Source: Vicugna vicugna
Lineage: Eukaryota
DNA length: 60,000 bases
Assembly (NCBI GenBank): GCA_013265495.1
Contig: MU057989.1
Location: forward strand, 1,505,513-1,565,512
Direction: 5' to 3'
Shown: piece by piece, positions 37,926 through 59,180 of the stretch
Position numbering within the stretch: position 1 is the first letter of the stretch
Layout: the number at the start of each line of letters is the position of its first letter
The notes under the pieces: model-generated
Databases searched by the model: none
Told to the model about the DNA's origin: nothing
Seen by the model: only the letters and a program-made list of their open reading frames with translations
Program-made: the position numbers and the translations under genes

Positions 37926-38434
37926 TGAAAAAAATGAAAACAACAGCATAGAAACCAGGATGTTCAGTGAAGGCTAATTGACTAGGAATCCACCTATGAC
38001 CCCCTTGAAAGTGGGGGGATAAGGGGAATGAGAGAGACTGGTAAATTTGTGGGGTGACACTTTCCTTGAGATGGAACAACAAGCACTAGGATGAAGAGCA
38101 CTTCATTCTGGGAATACTAAGCAATCAAGCCCAAGTCATCAGCTGCCTAGTAGAACCCTTAGTCCAGAATGCGACACATTTATCTGACACATTTTGGACA
38201 TCTGTCTCCTATTCTACTCTGGGTGGGAAAGAACAAGGATGCAAGGGCAGAAAAGGAAGAGAAGGAGAAAACAAAGAAAGCCACATCCAGTTCAGACAGC
38301 CTGAAGGTTCTAGAGTGACTCACAGGTGCTATCAGCACCTCAGTCTCTCCTAAAGAAGGCTTCCAAGCCCCAGGTGACAGCCAAGATGGCCAAACAACAA
38401 ACAAGCCACCAATCAGTGGGATAAAGAATCTGTT

Positions 38435-38650
38435 CTATTACTACATGTAAAACAGATAAACAACAAGGACCTACTGTACAGCACAGGGAACTATATTCAA
38501 TTTCTTATAATGAGCTGTAATGGAAAAGAAATTGAAAAAATATATATTTATGTATATGTATAACTGAATGGCTTTACTGTACACCTGAAACATTGTAAAT
38601 CAACTATATTTCAATAAAAAATAAGAATTACAAAAAAAGAAAAAAGAAAA
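38435..38650 (+). mobile_element. Short L1 3' tail
   Basis: AACAACAAGGACCTACTGTACAGCACAGGGAACTATATTCAA...AATCAACTATATTTCAATAAAAAA. Confidence 0.8.
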
Positions 38651-39339
38651 TGTGTTAGCCCTTGGCCAGAATATGTGTATATGTGAGGGATCCTGTAGTT
38701 CAGCGCAAAGCTCTCCTTCCTGAAACCACCTCTCACACTGGCAGGGCCTGAGATCAACCAGCTTTCTCACTTTGCAGGGGGGAACCCCTAACCTGAACAG
38801 TCCTGGTGGCCACAGAGCCTTGACAGGAATCCAAACAAGCTGAGTGTCAGTTCAGCTCCCCTTTTAATACACCCCTCAAGTCTTCTTTGGGTGTATCTCT
38901 TCTACTCTGAATTCCTCCTCGATGATGGGGCCCATATTATCTCTTTCATTGGAGGCTCACTTGTCTGACACTCTGCAGAGCTATGAGGGGCAATCAGAAC
39001 CAGACTCCCACTCAAGGGGCCCATGGAGGGAGAACGCAGATGCCAAGGACCCAGGAAGCTGTTACTTCCTTTATCACGTGCCACGTGCCAGACGCTCTTC
39101 AATGATGGGTATTCGTTATGAACAAAATGATAATGTTCACGCACGCACATATCACGGTATACTTGTAGAAAATGTCTTTTGCATATCGCTACAGAACTTA
39201 TCTTCAGGAAGAGGCACTAGGAATTCGATCTTTTAATTTCCATTCTACCTTTGTGTTCTGACCGTTCTATAAAACGCAAATTATCCGTTACTTTTAAAAT
39301 AAACAAAAAAATTAAACTTAAAAATAAAAATGACATCGG

Positions 39340-40480
39340 TGGTCGACAGTCACTCCCCCAGGGAGGAGTTCTGTAAAAGCCCGAGGGCACCCCGTCCCGC
39401 CCCTGGGCGTGGGCCTTCCCCGGGGACCGGAGTATTTTCCCAACCTCGTTCTCAGGCCCCGGGGAGGGTAACCTAGGGAACCACCCGAGCACCTACGGCA
39501 CTGACGTCCCTTGGCGCCTCCTCCCAGTAACCCTACACTGCACGTGGCTTTCTGCTCCCAGCTCCTCAGCCGCAAAGCGGAAGCTCGGAGTCGTAAATTC
39601 ACGCGGCGAGCCACCCGCACGGCTGGGACGCCCCGGGGGCGGGCAGCAGGTGCCGGCACCAAGCTGGGCCGGGCCGCCGCGGAGCCTACCTGCGCTGGGC
39701 CTCAGGCCCCAGGCCGCCCTGGGGCCGCCGCCAACGCCGCCAGGCCGTGGCCGCTTGCCGCTGCGCTCCCTCAGCCGTGCCCGCCCGGGCTCCCTCCGCG
39801 CGGGCCGTCGCCACAGCGCGCGACCCCACGGCCCCGCTCCCGCCCCGGAAGTGGTTGTGGGAGGCGCGGAGCACGCCGGGACGCTCGCAGGTCCCCGGGG
39901 TTGCTCCCGGCGCTGTGGAATTAGTTTGTCCCGCACCCGGACCTTCCGGTCAGCTCGCCCGGCTCGCTGTGTGACGTCCGCGGCAGCCAATGAGCAGGGA
40001 GAATTCACCCTGCCCCGCCCCTCCACTGGCCAGAGAACCAGTCCTGCTTCAGGAGAGGCAGGACGCGCCAAGTCCCGAAAGAGGAGCAGGGGGAGCGGTG
40101 GTGGAAAGCAGTTGGCAGTTCAGTAACGTAAGAGTCTGCTGAGCGGGGATCCGAAGGCGGCAACAGCCTCAGTAATTGCGGAGGCTGTTTATAGCCCTGT
40201 CGGGACCGCGCGGGGACGGGAGGCTGAGGCCGGAGGTGAGTGGCCTCGGGCCTGCCGCAGAGATAAACGTTGGGAGTTGGACGGGGCAGCAGAGAAACAG
40301 GGGCTGGGGGGTCGGTGGGAGGACTTGCGATGAGCTTTCGTGTTTCCGAGCTTTAGAATTAAAAGCCTGACCCGGGAGGAAGTTGGCGTCTAGTTGTTAT
40401 AACAACCCGGCGGTAGGCGGGGCCAGGGCGGGGCCAACGGGCTGCAGCCCAGAAACGGACGTGGAGGCGGAGTCAGGATT
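39340..40480. promoter_or_regulatory. CpG island / bidirectional promoter of ANKS3 (-) and DNAAF8 (+)
   Basis: Very CpG-rich; ETS/GABPA CCGGAAGT at 39845-39852; TGACGT at 39972; CCAAT at 39987; divergent donors (- strand CAG|gtagg at 39689; + strand GAG|gtgagt at 40236). Confidence 0.88.
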
Positions 40481-41329
40481 CGGAGGGACTGGAGCTGCCC
40501 TTTGGCTGGGTGAGAGGAGCTCCTCAACCTGGCAGGATGTACCCCTTGTCTGCTGGGTGAAGGAGCTCCTGAGGACCCTTCACGGCCTGGTTCGTTGGCA
40601 CCGCATATTCCAACAACTGAAATCTTCTCCAAACATATTGGGCAATTTTCACTCCTCTGAGTTCTTAGATGATCTTCCCGCAGCCTATAAAGCCTTTTCC
40701 TCCCTTATTGCATTGTCCTCCTGAAGAATTTATCAGTCTCTGGCAGTCCACTTCATCCAAGTGATTTTGTTGCCCTCTGATCTGCCCTGCAGCCAGAGAA
40801 CACCCCTGATATATATACCAGATGTGTCCACATCATGCCGTTCCCAGGCCATGGTGAACCAAGCTCCTGCCCCTGCTCCTGTAAGCACAGAAAAAACAAG
40901 AAACCCCCACTCACTTCTCCTGCTGCTTCCCTGGTAGGGGTCAGGCTGGGGTAGGAGTGTTCTTTTCTCATTTTATAGTTACAGAGTCCTCTCAGGCTAC
41001 AAGTACTCTGAATGCTGGCTCTGAAGCACCATCACCCCACATTTCTAAGCCCCCTTGACCCCTGAGGGACTGGCCTTTCTCCTGTTAGACTCTGGGATTA
41101 AAGGTGGGGGGTGTTGGTTAAGTGCCTGGGTATAAGGGGTTAATTTGAGTGTTAACACCAAAAAAGTTTCCTGGGGACTCCAAAACATCTCTAGTCTTTT
41201 CCTTTTGTAAGGGGGCAGTAAAGGGTAGTCAGGCTTGAAATCCCCTCTGACTTTGATACAAATTCTGTCTTTGCCTTTACTAATGGTATAACCTCTTTGA
41301 GCCTATAAAATGTAGATAATAATAGTATC

Positions 41330-41540
41330 TATGTTATATGGGATATATATATACAGTTTGCAGGTATCTGTATATATCATATATGTGTATCATTCTATGT
41401 ATCTTATATATATATACCTACATATCAAGTACATATATCATTATATATCAGTACATGCATCTATATATTAATATATCACTGTATACATTATATACATACA
41501 TCTGCAGGCTCCATACTGCACTACACACACACACACACAA
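41330..41540. repeat. Degenerate (TA)n/(CA)n low-complexity tract
   Basis: Read directly. Confidence 0.85.
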
Positions 41541-41763
41541 AATGCATGGCACTTTCTGGCACTCAGTAACAGGAACCTGCAGACCAGAAGGAAAATGGAA
41601 TGGAAGGTCTGCCAATTTGTTTTCATTCCCCAAGGGGTGGTATATGCTTTGAAAAGGCAGCCCCCTGAGTTCTTGAGTGAGGGGAGCCCCACTCATTCCA
41701 TATCCTCTGCAAGGCTCCTTGGATGATGGTGCGCTGAGAAGCATCCCTTGAGTCCCAACCCCC

Positions 41764-51442
<9,679 letters not shown>

Positions 51443-53393
51443 ATGCCTCCAGTAATGGATGTGAGAAGGTGAGCAGACGATCTAATTTTCCATCAACACC
51501 CGAGGCCCTGGTGGCCCCCTCGCTCTCCCATTTCCATCGGAACGTACCTTTGCAGCACAGGGACCTTCCAACTGTGGATCTGTCTGCAGCCCTGTGAGAA
51601 TTCAGTCAGAACATTTTCATGCACTGAGAGCAAAGATGCCAGTACAGATGTGTACACACAGCATGACAACCCCAGTGGCCCCAACCCTCTGAAAAGGGAC
51701 CAGAAGGAAACAGCATGAAGACAGTGCTTTTGTTCTGATACTGGGACTACAAGGCTTTTTCACCTTTTACCATTTCTGCATTTTTTCTGTTTAATATGCA
51801 TCTATTACTTCCAACATACAAGTTTTTTTTTTAAACTGTAAAACATATTTAGCAAATTTCAGGTCTTGAAAGAGAATTTAGCTTGATTTTCTGGGTCCTG
51901 GATGTTTGCTGTTTTGTGCTCCTAAATTAATACCACAAACACACGCACGCACACACAGAGACCAAGTGGACTTTCTGATAAAGGGGTCCACTGAAATTTG
52001 CTTTTGTTTAACCAAGACACAAAGGCACATACATGTTTCAGGTCCTTCCAAAGTAAAGGTGGATTGACGTTCAGTTGTAGGAAGAATGTGAATGTTCTAA
52101 CAGCTGAGCCTGTCCCTGTGGACAGCGGAGCAGCGTCTACCCTTGTGGATAAGTAGCAAGAGCTGGGAGCCATAGAAGGCTTTGCTGTCTTGCTCAACAT
52201 TACTAGTATTACCCCCAAGGCCCTCAATTTTCTGTAACTGCTGTTCTCAGCCCAGCTGCTCTCAACAGGCTGGAGCCCTGATCTGTGGCACCTCTGTTCT
52301 CTCTCTAGCTTGTTTCCAGTATCTCAGAGCCTCAGTCCTCCTCAGCCCCACCTACTCTGTGGGAAGAGCAGAGCCATCATCTCAGGCCCACCAGGCCATG
52401 GGATCAGGCAGCCTGCAGGGTCCTTGGCATCTGGGCACGTGTTCCAGAGTTTAGCTGGAGTCACCGCCAGCTCCCGTGCACTAAGGGTGGGTAAGGACCT
52501 CTTCCCATCCAGCCTCTGCCCAGCCTCAGCCACCGGCAGCCAAGTTGGGACCACAGACTCCACTTGATCTGGCCAAGGGGCCTCACCAGCAGCCCCCCTC
52601 CCAAAGGCATTTACATTGTAAGTCAGATGTGAGACGACTTTCACTAAGGCCACAAGAGGCTGGGGGGGATGGGAGGGGCCTCTCTTGCAGGGGCCAGGAC
52701 CAGACTACCATCACCTGGGGGCCCAAGGCCCCCTCCCACCTGCAGAGGTGCCCCCACCACCACTCCAGGGCACACACAGCACTGGCAGGGCTCAGGTGCT
52801 GGGCAGAGCAGCCTAAACGTGGCACACAGCCTCCACAGCAGCTGCCAGCTGTCAGGGGCAAAGGCTATTTTATAAAATTTCCATATCCCCCCATCTCTAC
52901 CCCTTTTAATGGCAGTAAGTTCATTCACGAAGTTTCCCCAACAGTGACAGGAAGAAGCCTTTGTTTCAAGTTCAACTCTCTGAATTACTGTTTGTCAAGG
53001 CAAGCTGGGACGATGAGGTGGCAGGAGGTCAGACCTGGGCTGAAAGCTGGTTCTGCCACCTGGACAGGGTTCTTCAAGCTCTCAGGGCCTCGGTTTCCAT
53101 CCATGAAAAGAGAATCATGAAGGACCATGAGAGAGAATCAGGGAACAGGCATGGGATGGGCCCAGTTCTCAGGCCAGGCAAAGGGCAGCCACCTCCAGCA
53201 TCAGCCTGGACATGAGAGAAGTGAGCCTGTGAGGGGAAGGTGGGCGGTTGGTGACGCCGCTCTGGCTGGTTCTGGCTGGGTACTATGTACCCCACGAGCT
53301 ACCCCAGAAGAAAAAATCCACCCCTAAACGAGGTGACTCCATTCTCCAGGGAACACACAAGACAGAGCTCAGGGGCCAGAATAACTGACGTCA

Positions 53394-53399
53394 TTTATT
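53394..53399 (-). terminator. Candidate ZNF500 polyadenylation signal AATAAA
   Basis: TTTATT on the + strand about 1.2 kb beyond the ZNF500 stop. Confidence 0.55.
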
Positions 53400-54004
53400 A
53401 AGAGAACAGAGAAGAGTAAGTCACACACCCTGGAACCTGGGTTGTGTGAAAAGCTAAAAATACAGTGATTGGATGAACAGTCCCTGGATGGAATATTAAG
53501 GAACTCAGTGATTTCAGAGCTGACCCACAACTTCACTAATGACCCAACCAAACAAGGACCCTAACCGCTCCCCTCGGCCACTCACAAGACTATGGATGTG
53601 AACAGGTCAGAGAGGCACATCCACCTCAGAAAGACAAAGTGGGGCAACCCAGGCCAGCCTCTGCCCTGGAACATGGCCACCTGGGCTGGAACAAAGGCAG
53701 CCCTGGTGCCCTAAAGTGGTGAGGCCACAACCCTGGGCTTCCTGGCGGGCTGGGAGAGGCTGGCAGGTGGAAACTCAGGGAAACATCCCCACACCGGCCA
53801 GCCATCCTGCAGAACAGCCTGGATCTGTGAAGGTGACCTGCAACTCACCCATCTCCTTACTAACACCACTGTGATACCAGAAAACCCACCCTGGCTACAT
53901 TTTGAAAGTGTGGCAAACTTGTGGGGGAAGGTGGGAGATGGCCCAGGGAAGGCTGGGGTCCATAAAGCTGCAAGCAACTGCAGCCACTAAGCCTTCCCCC
54001 AAGG

Positions 54005-54385
54005 GGGCTGAAGGGTGTCCCCCCAAATCATGTCCAGAACCTCAGAAGGTGACCTTAGTTGGAAACAAGGTCTTTGTAGATGTAATTAGTTACGATAAGG
54101 TCATTCTGGATTAAAGGTGCCCTAAATCCAATGACTGTCCTTGCAAGAGGAGACAAATGTGGAGGTGCACATGGAAGAGGCCATGGGAAACGGGAGTAGG
54201 GCTGGAGTGATGTGCCACAAGTCCAGGAGCACCAAGGATGGCTGGCACCTCCAGGAGCCAGGGGAGGTGTGGGACAAATCCTCCATCAGAGCCTCCAGAA
54301 GAAGCCAGCCCTGCAGACACCTTGATTTAAGACTATGGCCTCCCAAACCATGAGAGAATAAATTCCCGGTGGTGTAAGCCACCCA
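54005..54385 (+). mobile_element. MaLR LTR (MLT1-like) in the ZNF500 3' UTR
   Basis: GAACCTCAGAA.GTGACCTTA.TTGGAAA.A.GGTCTTTG.AGATGTAATTAGTTA; CCAGCCCTGC.GACACCTTGATTT; GAGAGAATAAATT. Confidence 0.85.
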
Positions 54386-54608
54386 GAGAGTGGTCCTCTG
54401 GCCGCCCAGACGCGAACACACCTGTGGTGTCCAGCTTCCTCCCTTGGCCTGGACACCCCAAATGCCCCACTGAGTGTCCTCACGCTGGCCCATGGGAACA
54501 AACGGAGTCTGAGATGCTGGCTCTGGGACAGAAACGACTCTGGCAGCTTCCTGAAACAGGAGGCCCTGGTCCCGGGGAGGGGTAGGGGGCGTCCTGGAGA
54601 CCCGAGGT

Positions 54609-55201
54609 TCAGGGAGGGGGCTGCTCCCGGCCGTGTGTGCGCTGGTGCTTGCGCAGGTCGGTGCCCCGGCGGAAGCCCTTGCCGCAGACCAGGCACGCGT
54701 GGGGCTTCTCGCCCGTGTGTGTCCTGCGGTGCGCGCTGAAGTGTGAGCTGTTGTTGAAGCGCTTCCCACACTCGGCGCAGGCATACGGCCGCTCCCCGGT
54801 GTGCGTCCGGCGGTGGATGACCAGGCTGGAGCTCTGGCTGAAGCGCTTACCGCACTCGGCGCAGGCGTAGGGCTTCTCGCCCGTGTGCACCCTCTGGTGC
54901 GTGCTGCAGTTGGAGCGGTCGCCGAAGCGCTTCCCGCACACCTGGCACTGGTAGGGCCGCTCCCCCGTGTGCGTGCGCTGGTGCTTGGTCAGGTGGGACG
55001 TCTTACTGAAGGCCTTGCCGCACTCGGGACACGTGTGCGGCTTCAGGACCCCGCGGGGCCCCGCTCTGTCCAAAGCCTGTTGGGGTCTGGTCAGGCTGGG
55101 CCCCAAACCCCGACCATGACCCGGGAGCGCTTGGCCCCAGCCCATTCTCATCGTCGTGTCCTCCCCGGCATCCTCTCCGATCTCCACTCGCACTGCAAGC
55201 T
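54609..55201 (-). CDS. ZNF500: ZNF500 last exon, 5 C2H2 fingers with TGEKP/TGERP linkers
   Basis: tctcag|AG acceptor, phase 1; 593 nt to TGA. Confidence 0.95.
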
Positions 55202-58200
55202 CTGAGACAGAGAAACAGTCACTGAGGGTTCCACAGGGAGGCAGAAGCAAAAGGGATGCTTCTGCTAAGAAGGAAGGCACGGGCCACGGAGGGCGATGCA
55301 CAGCGATGCCTTCAAACCCCCCCAGCAGGGAGGTGTCAGTCAGAGCCTGATTTGAGGAACTAAAACCATGGCCAGACACTTGCGAACATACGACTTGGCT
55401 AATCCTCACATGGCCTGTGAGGTGGTGCTGTCACTGTCCATTCACACATGAGGACGCTGAGGCACACTGACCGCACAGGAGGGCCCACACTGACCCCCCC
55501 AGCACAGGCAAGTGTCCCTGCTGAGACACTGGCCACCCTACATCCAGCGCGGGCCCTCCTGCTCTCCCCTCCTGTCTCCACGCTCACTCTTCCAGGAAGC
55601 CAAGCCTGGGCTTGAGCTCACGTTCACCTCGTCTGTACAGCAGAGATGATGATGGAACCAGCGCACTGGCCTTTGGTAAGAAGTTTTAAAAAGGAAGTCT
55701 GAGTATGGCAGTTCCTCAGAAGGACTGAGCGACTCCACACCCCTCCCAACTCCGTGGAGACCCAGGAGAGTGAGCGCTGCTGGCTGGGCAACCCTTGGGG
55801 GCATCAGCCTCGGCCCCTACCTGGCCTGGGCTTCCCTCGCAGCCTTCCTTCGGGACTAGGTCCCCTGTTGTGCCTGCATGCAGGGTACCGTCCCAGCCCG
55901 ATATGGAGCGACTCTTGCTTTCTATACTGAGGGCTTTCTGGCGGAGCCCCAAGCCTTTCTTAAAGTCTCCCATCTCCCCTCGCCTTTTCTTCAGGCGTGA
56001 TTAGCCTTTATAAATGAAAGTTCACGCCCACACCCACCTAATATGCCCCATGTGAGTATGTTCGTATCGTCCACGTCGCTTTCATGCCAGGATGGAAGAG
56101 CTGAGGAGTCTAGACAGAGACGACATGGCCCGTAACTCCTGAACTACTTACACTACCTGGCCCCTTCAGAGAAAGTCTGCTGGCCCTTGCCCTCGAGCTT
56201 GAACTCCACGAACACAATCAGTGAAATCTAAACTCAGGAGAGGGAGAGTCTAACCTGGACTTCCGCCTCCTCCTTGCAGACCCCCTCACCTGAGCCGGTG
56301 CTGCCTGAGACTCCCCTCGGCCCCAGGGCTGCACGAGCCGGGTCCCGCTGGCCTTCCCCTCGCCCTTGCTGGGCAATCAAACAGGGCCTGGGAGCGAGGA
56401 GTCCTGCTCACGGGAAAAGAGGAGAGAGAACGTGAGTGTGGCTGGGACAGAATGCAGACTGCAAAGGTCCTCTCATGAGGGAAAAGGGGCATCAGGAGGA
56501 CCCATGGGAAAGCTCGATGCCCGGAAAAAGAGGTGGAAGACGCTCTGCTTCTGTGCAGACTCTGTTCCCTCTGAGGGAGAAAAAGTGAGGAAACAGGGCC
56601 CAAGGCTCTCCCTGGTTCTGGGAGGGAAATCCCAATGCCCTGAGGGGTCTAGAGTTTCATCACCAAAGAGATTAAGTGGCCAAGAGTTACAACACACAGG
56701 AGGCGACAGACAGAAGGCCCCAGAGGTCCAGCAACAGTGAGGACAGCAAACCAGTATTTGAGGCAGTAAGAAGGTTTCATCTTCATTCATCCCATTTTAG
56801 TTTGAAAAAAATGAGGGTGTAAAGGAAAGTGTGTGATGGTTAATTTTCTGAGCCAACTTGGCCAAGCTATGGTGTCATTGGTCAGCCACCACTCTAGAGG
56901 CTGCTGTGCAGGTTATCTTGCAGATGCGATTAACATCTAGAATTAGCTGACTGTAAGTAGAGCAAACTACCCTCCATATCGGGGTGGGCCTCACCAAATC
57001 AGTTGAAGGTCTTAAGAGTGAAACTTGGTTTCCTGGAGAAGGAATTCTGCCTCGAGATGGCAGCCTAGAAATCCTGCCACCTGGCTTCCCATATGGATTT
57101 CAGAAGTGCCAGCCTCCACAATCATGAGAGCCAATTCCTCAAAATAAACCTCTCTTCACACACACAACTGGTTCTGTTTCTCTGGAAAACCCCAACTGAT
57201 ACAAAGCAGGGTCTCGATTCCTTCAGAAAATGTTTTGGGGAGTGAATGGGGGTCAAGAGTGATAGGATGAGCTGAGAAGGGACAGGATGAGGCAAGGCCA
57301 TGGGCAGACAGGGGGGCCTAGTGGCCGAGCAGGCTGCCTAGAAGACCTGCCAGGGAACACCCTAAGCCCACTGAACCATCCCCTGGGTGCAGGGCCCATG
57401 AATTCCTATTTTTAACATGCTCCCAGGTGATTCCTCAGGCCACTAAAGTTTGAGAACCAGCTCCTGTAGGTGGGGGAAGGTGCTGAGCAGGGAGATGGCC
57501 TGGGCCTCGAATCCTAAAGACCAACAAACACCCACAGCCAGCCCGAGGGAAGCAGCCCCCCTCCCTGAACCAGGCCCACGCCAGAGACACAGCACGGTGT
57601 GTGACGATGGTCTCCCCGCACATTACCCTCACACTCTGGCAGCACGCTGCAGCTGTAGTCCTGCTGAGTCAGGTCCAGGCACCCCGACTCCTCCTGGGAC
57701 AGGTACACGGCCATGTCCTCCACGGTCACCGGCACCTGCTGGAACGCTGCCCAGTCTCATGCCACTGCCCCTTCAGGCTGGGCCAGACTGGTGGGCTCCC
57801 TGGGCCCCTCCACTCGTGTCATGGCAGGTCCTCCTTACCTCACCCAACATCTTTCCCTAACCACCCTCTCCTTTCCATGTGCTGTTACCCCACCCCCTCC
57901 TCCCAAGCTCAGCTCGGACATGGCTGGATCCTGCTCTTCGGGAGGACACTGTGGCCACCAAGCTCTGACGCACTGCTACAGGGCAGGGGTCGTGTGGACA
58001 GATGTGCTGCATGAGCAGCTGGATCCACTGTGATCTCAGCCACTGGGGCCCATGCTCCTTGGGGATATAAGTTAGCAGGCCCTGCCTCAGCTCAAGCCAA
58101 CCTTGGGACCCAAATGGGGTGACATGTGCACTTCGTGATGCCTCTAGGCCAGAGGTTCCCAAATCTAGCACCAGACTGGTCTGGGAGCACGATTAACACC

Positions 58201-59180
58201 CAAGCAAACAGCATTAAGAAGAGGCAAATCCACAGAGACGGTGGGTGCCAGGGGACCGAGCAGGGGGAATGGGGAGTGACTGCTAATAGGCATGGGGTAT
58301 TTTGGTGACGTGATGAAAATGTTCTAAAATTGACTATACTGATTACCGCAGAACTCTGTAACCAGACTAAATGCTGTACACTTTAAATGGATGAACTGTA
58401 TGGTATGTGAATTATACCTCAATAAAGCTATCATTGAAATAAACAAGCAAAGGAGGCTGATTCCAGGCTAGGGCTGCTGGAAAAATCTAGTTTAACCCAG
58501 ATACCAGGAGATTCTAACATACATCTGGGTTTGAAGTGACTGCCCTAGCTCACTGTTGGGACCCCAGAATCCTCCAGAGTACACCTAATACTCAGGTGGC
58601 TTCTGAGAGAAAGTGAGACTTCCGAGGAGGTGAAGGTCTGCCTTGGAAACCCAGGCCACTAAATATAAGTGTCCTTGTACCAAGGGCGTGGGATGCACGA
58701 GGATGCTGCAGGTCAGAATGCCCGCTCACCTGGGACCAGGCTGAGAGGAAAGACGTGGCCAGTGCCGCTGTCTCCTGATGCCGGGAGGTCACTGGGCCTG
58801 GGGAAAGAGCAGAGTTGCCCACCCATGAGCATGACAGTGAGGGCTGGACAGGTCCAGCTGCTCTCCACCTACACCCAGCCCCACCGGGAGCCTGCCCACC
58901 CCCATAGGCATGCAGGCCAGACCCTCTGCCAAACTCCCGAGCCTTCCCCTCCCCCAGTGCAGGGCTTCTCTTTCCTCGAGATGGGTGACTACTCACCCCT
59001 ATTTGGCCAGAGCTGGGGGCCTCTTTTTGGTCCATGGCTCAGCTGTGCTGGGAGCTGCTGGCTGGAGTACTGAGCCCCTTTCTCCAGGGACAGCTCCTCT
59101 GGCTGGGCCTCCGCCTGGCATTTCAAGAACCACTCCCCTGTCCCATGGGGCAGTATATCATCAGGGAGCACCTCCAGATC
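54609..59180 (-). CDS. ZNF500: Zinc finger protein 500, 3' part; join(59180-58997,58797-58730,57735-57627,55201-54609); SCAN exon lies outside the window
   Basis: Five C2H2 fingers ([39 protein letters not shown]) plus [11 protein letters not shown] and FLSAWSQ match recalled ZNF500; synteny. Confidence 0.93.
56833..57202 (+). mobile_element. ERVL LTR (MLT2-like)
   Basis: TGTGATGGTTAATTTT.TG...CAACTTG; GGGTGGGCCTCA.C.AATCAGTTGAAGG; GGTTCTGTTTCTCTGGA.AACCC.AACT.ATACA. Confidence 0.85.
57627..57735 (-). CDS. ZNF500: ZNF500 exon, degenerate KRAB-A-like
   Basis: [25 protein letters not shown]; cagcag| acceptor; G|gtaatg donor; 109 nt. Confidence 0.87.
58210..58445 (+). mobile_element. Old L1M 3' end
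   Basis: GGGGAATGGGGAGTGACTGCTAAT; TGATGAAAATGTTCTAAAATT; GTATGTGAATTATACCTCAATAAAGCT. Confidence 0.8.
58730..58797 (-). CDS. ZNF500: ZNF500 exon ([23 protein letters not shown])
   Basis: ccccag|GC...CAG|gtgagc; 68 nt. Confidence 0.88.
58997..59180 (-). CDS. ZNF500: ZNF500 exon (DLEVLPDD...[12 protein letters not shown]...LWPNR)
   Basis: gcgcag|GAT...G|gtgagt; 184 nt. Confidence 0.88.

Noticed and set aside
41338..41652. Tyr/Ile-rich 104-aa ORF
   Set aside because: Translation of a TA-rich low-complexity tract
55202..55409. N-terminal part of the 266-aa zinc finger ORF as a standalone gene
   Set aside because: Upstream of the acceptor at 55202; phase matches splicing from the 57627 exon
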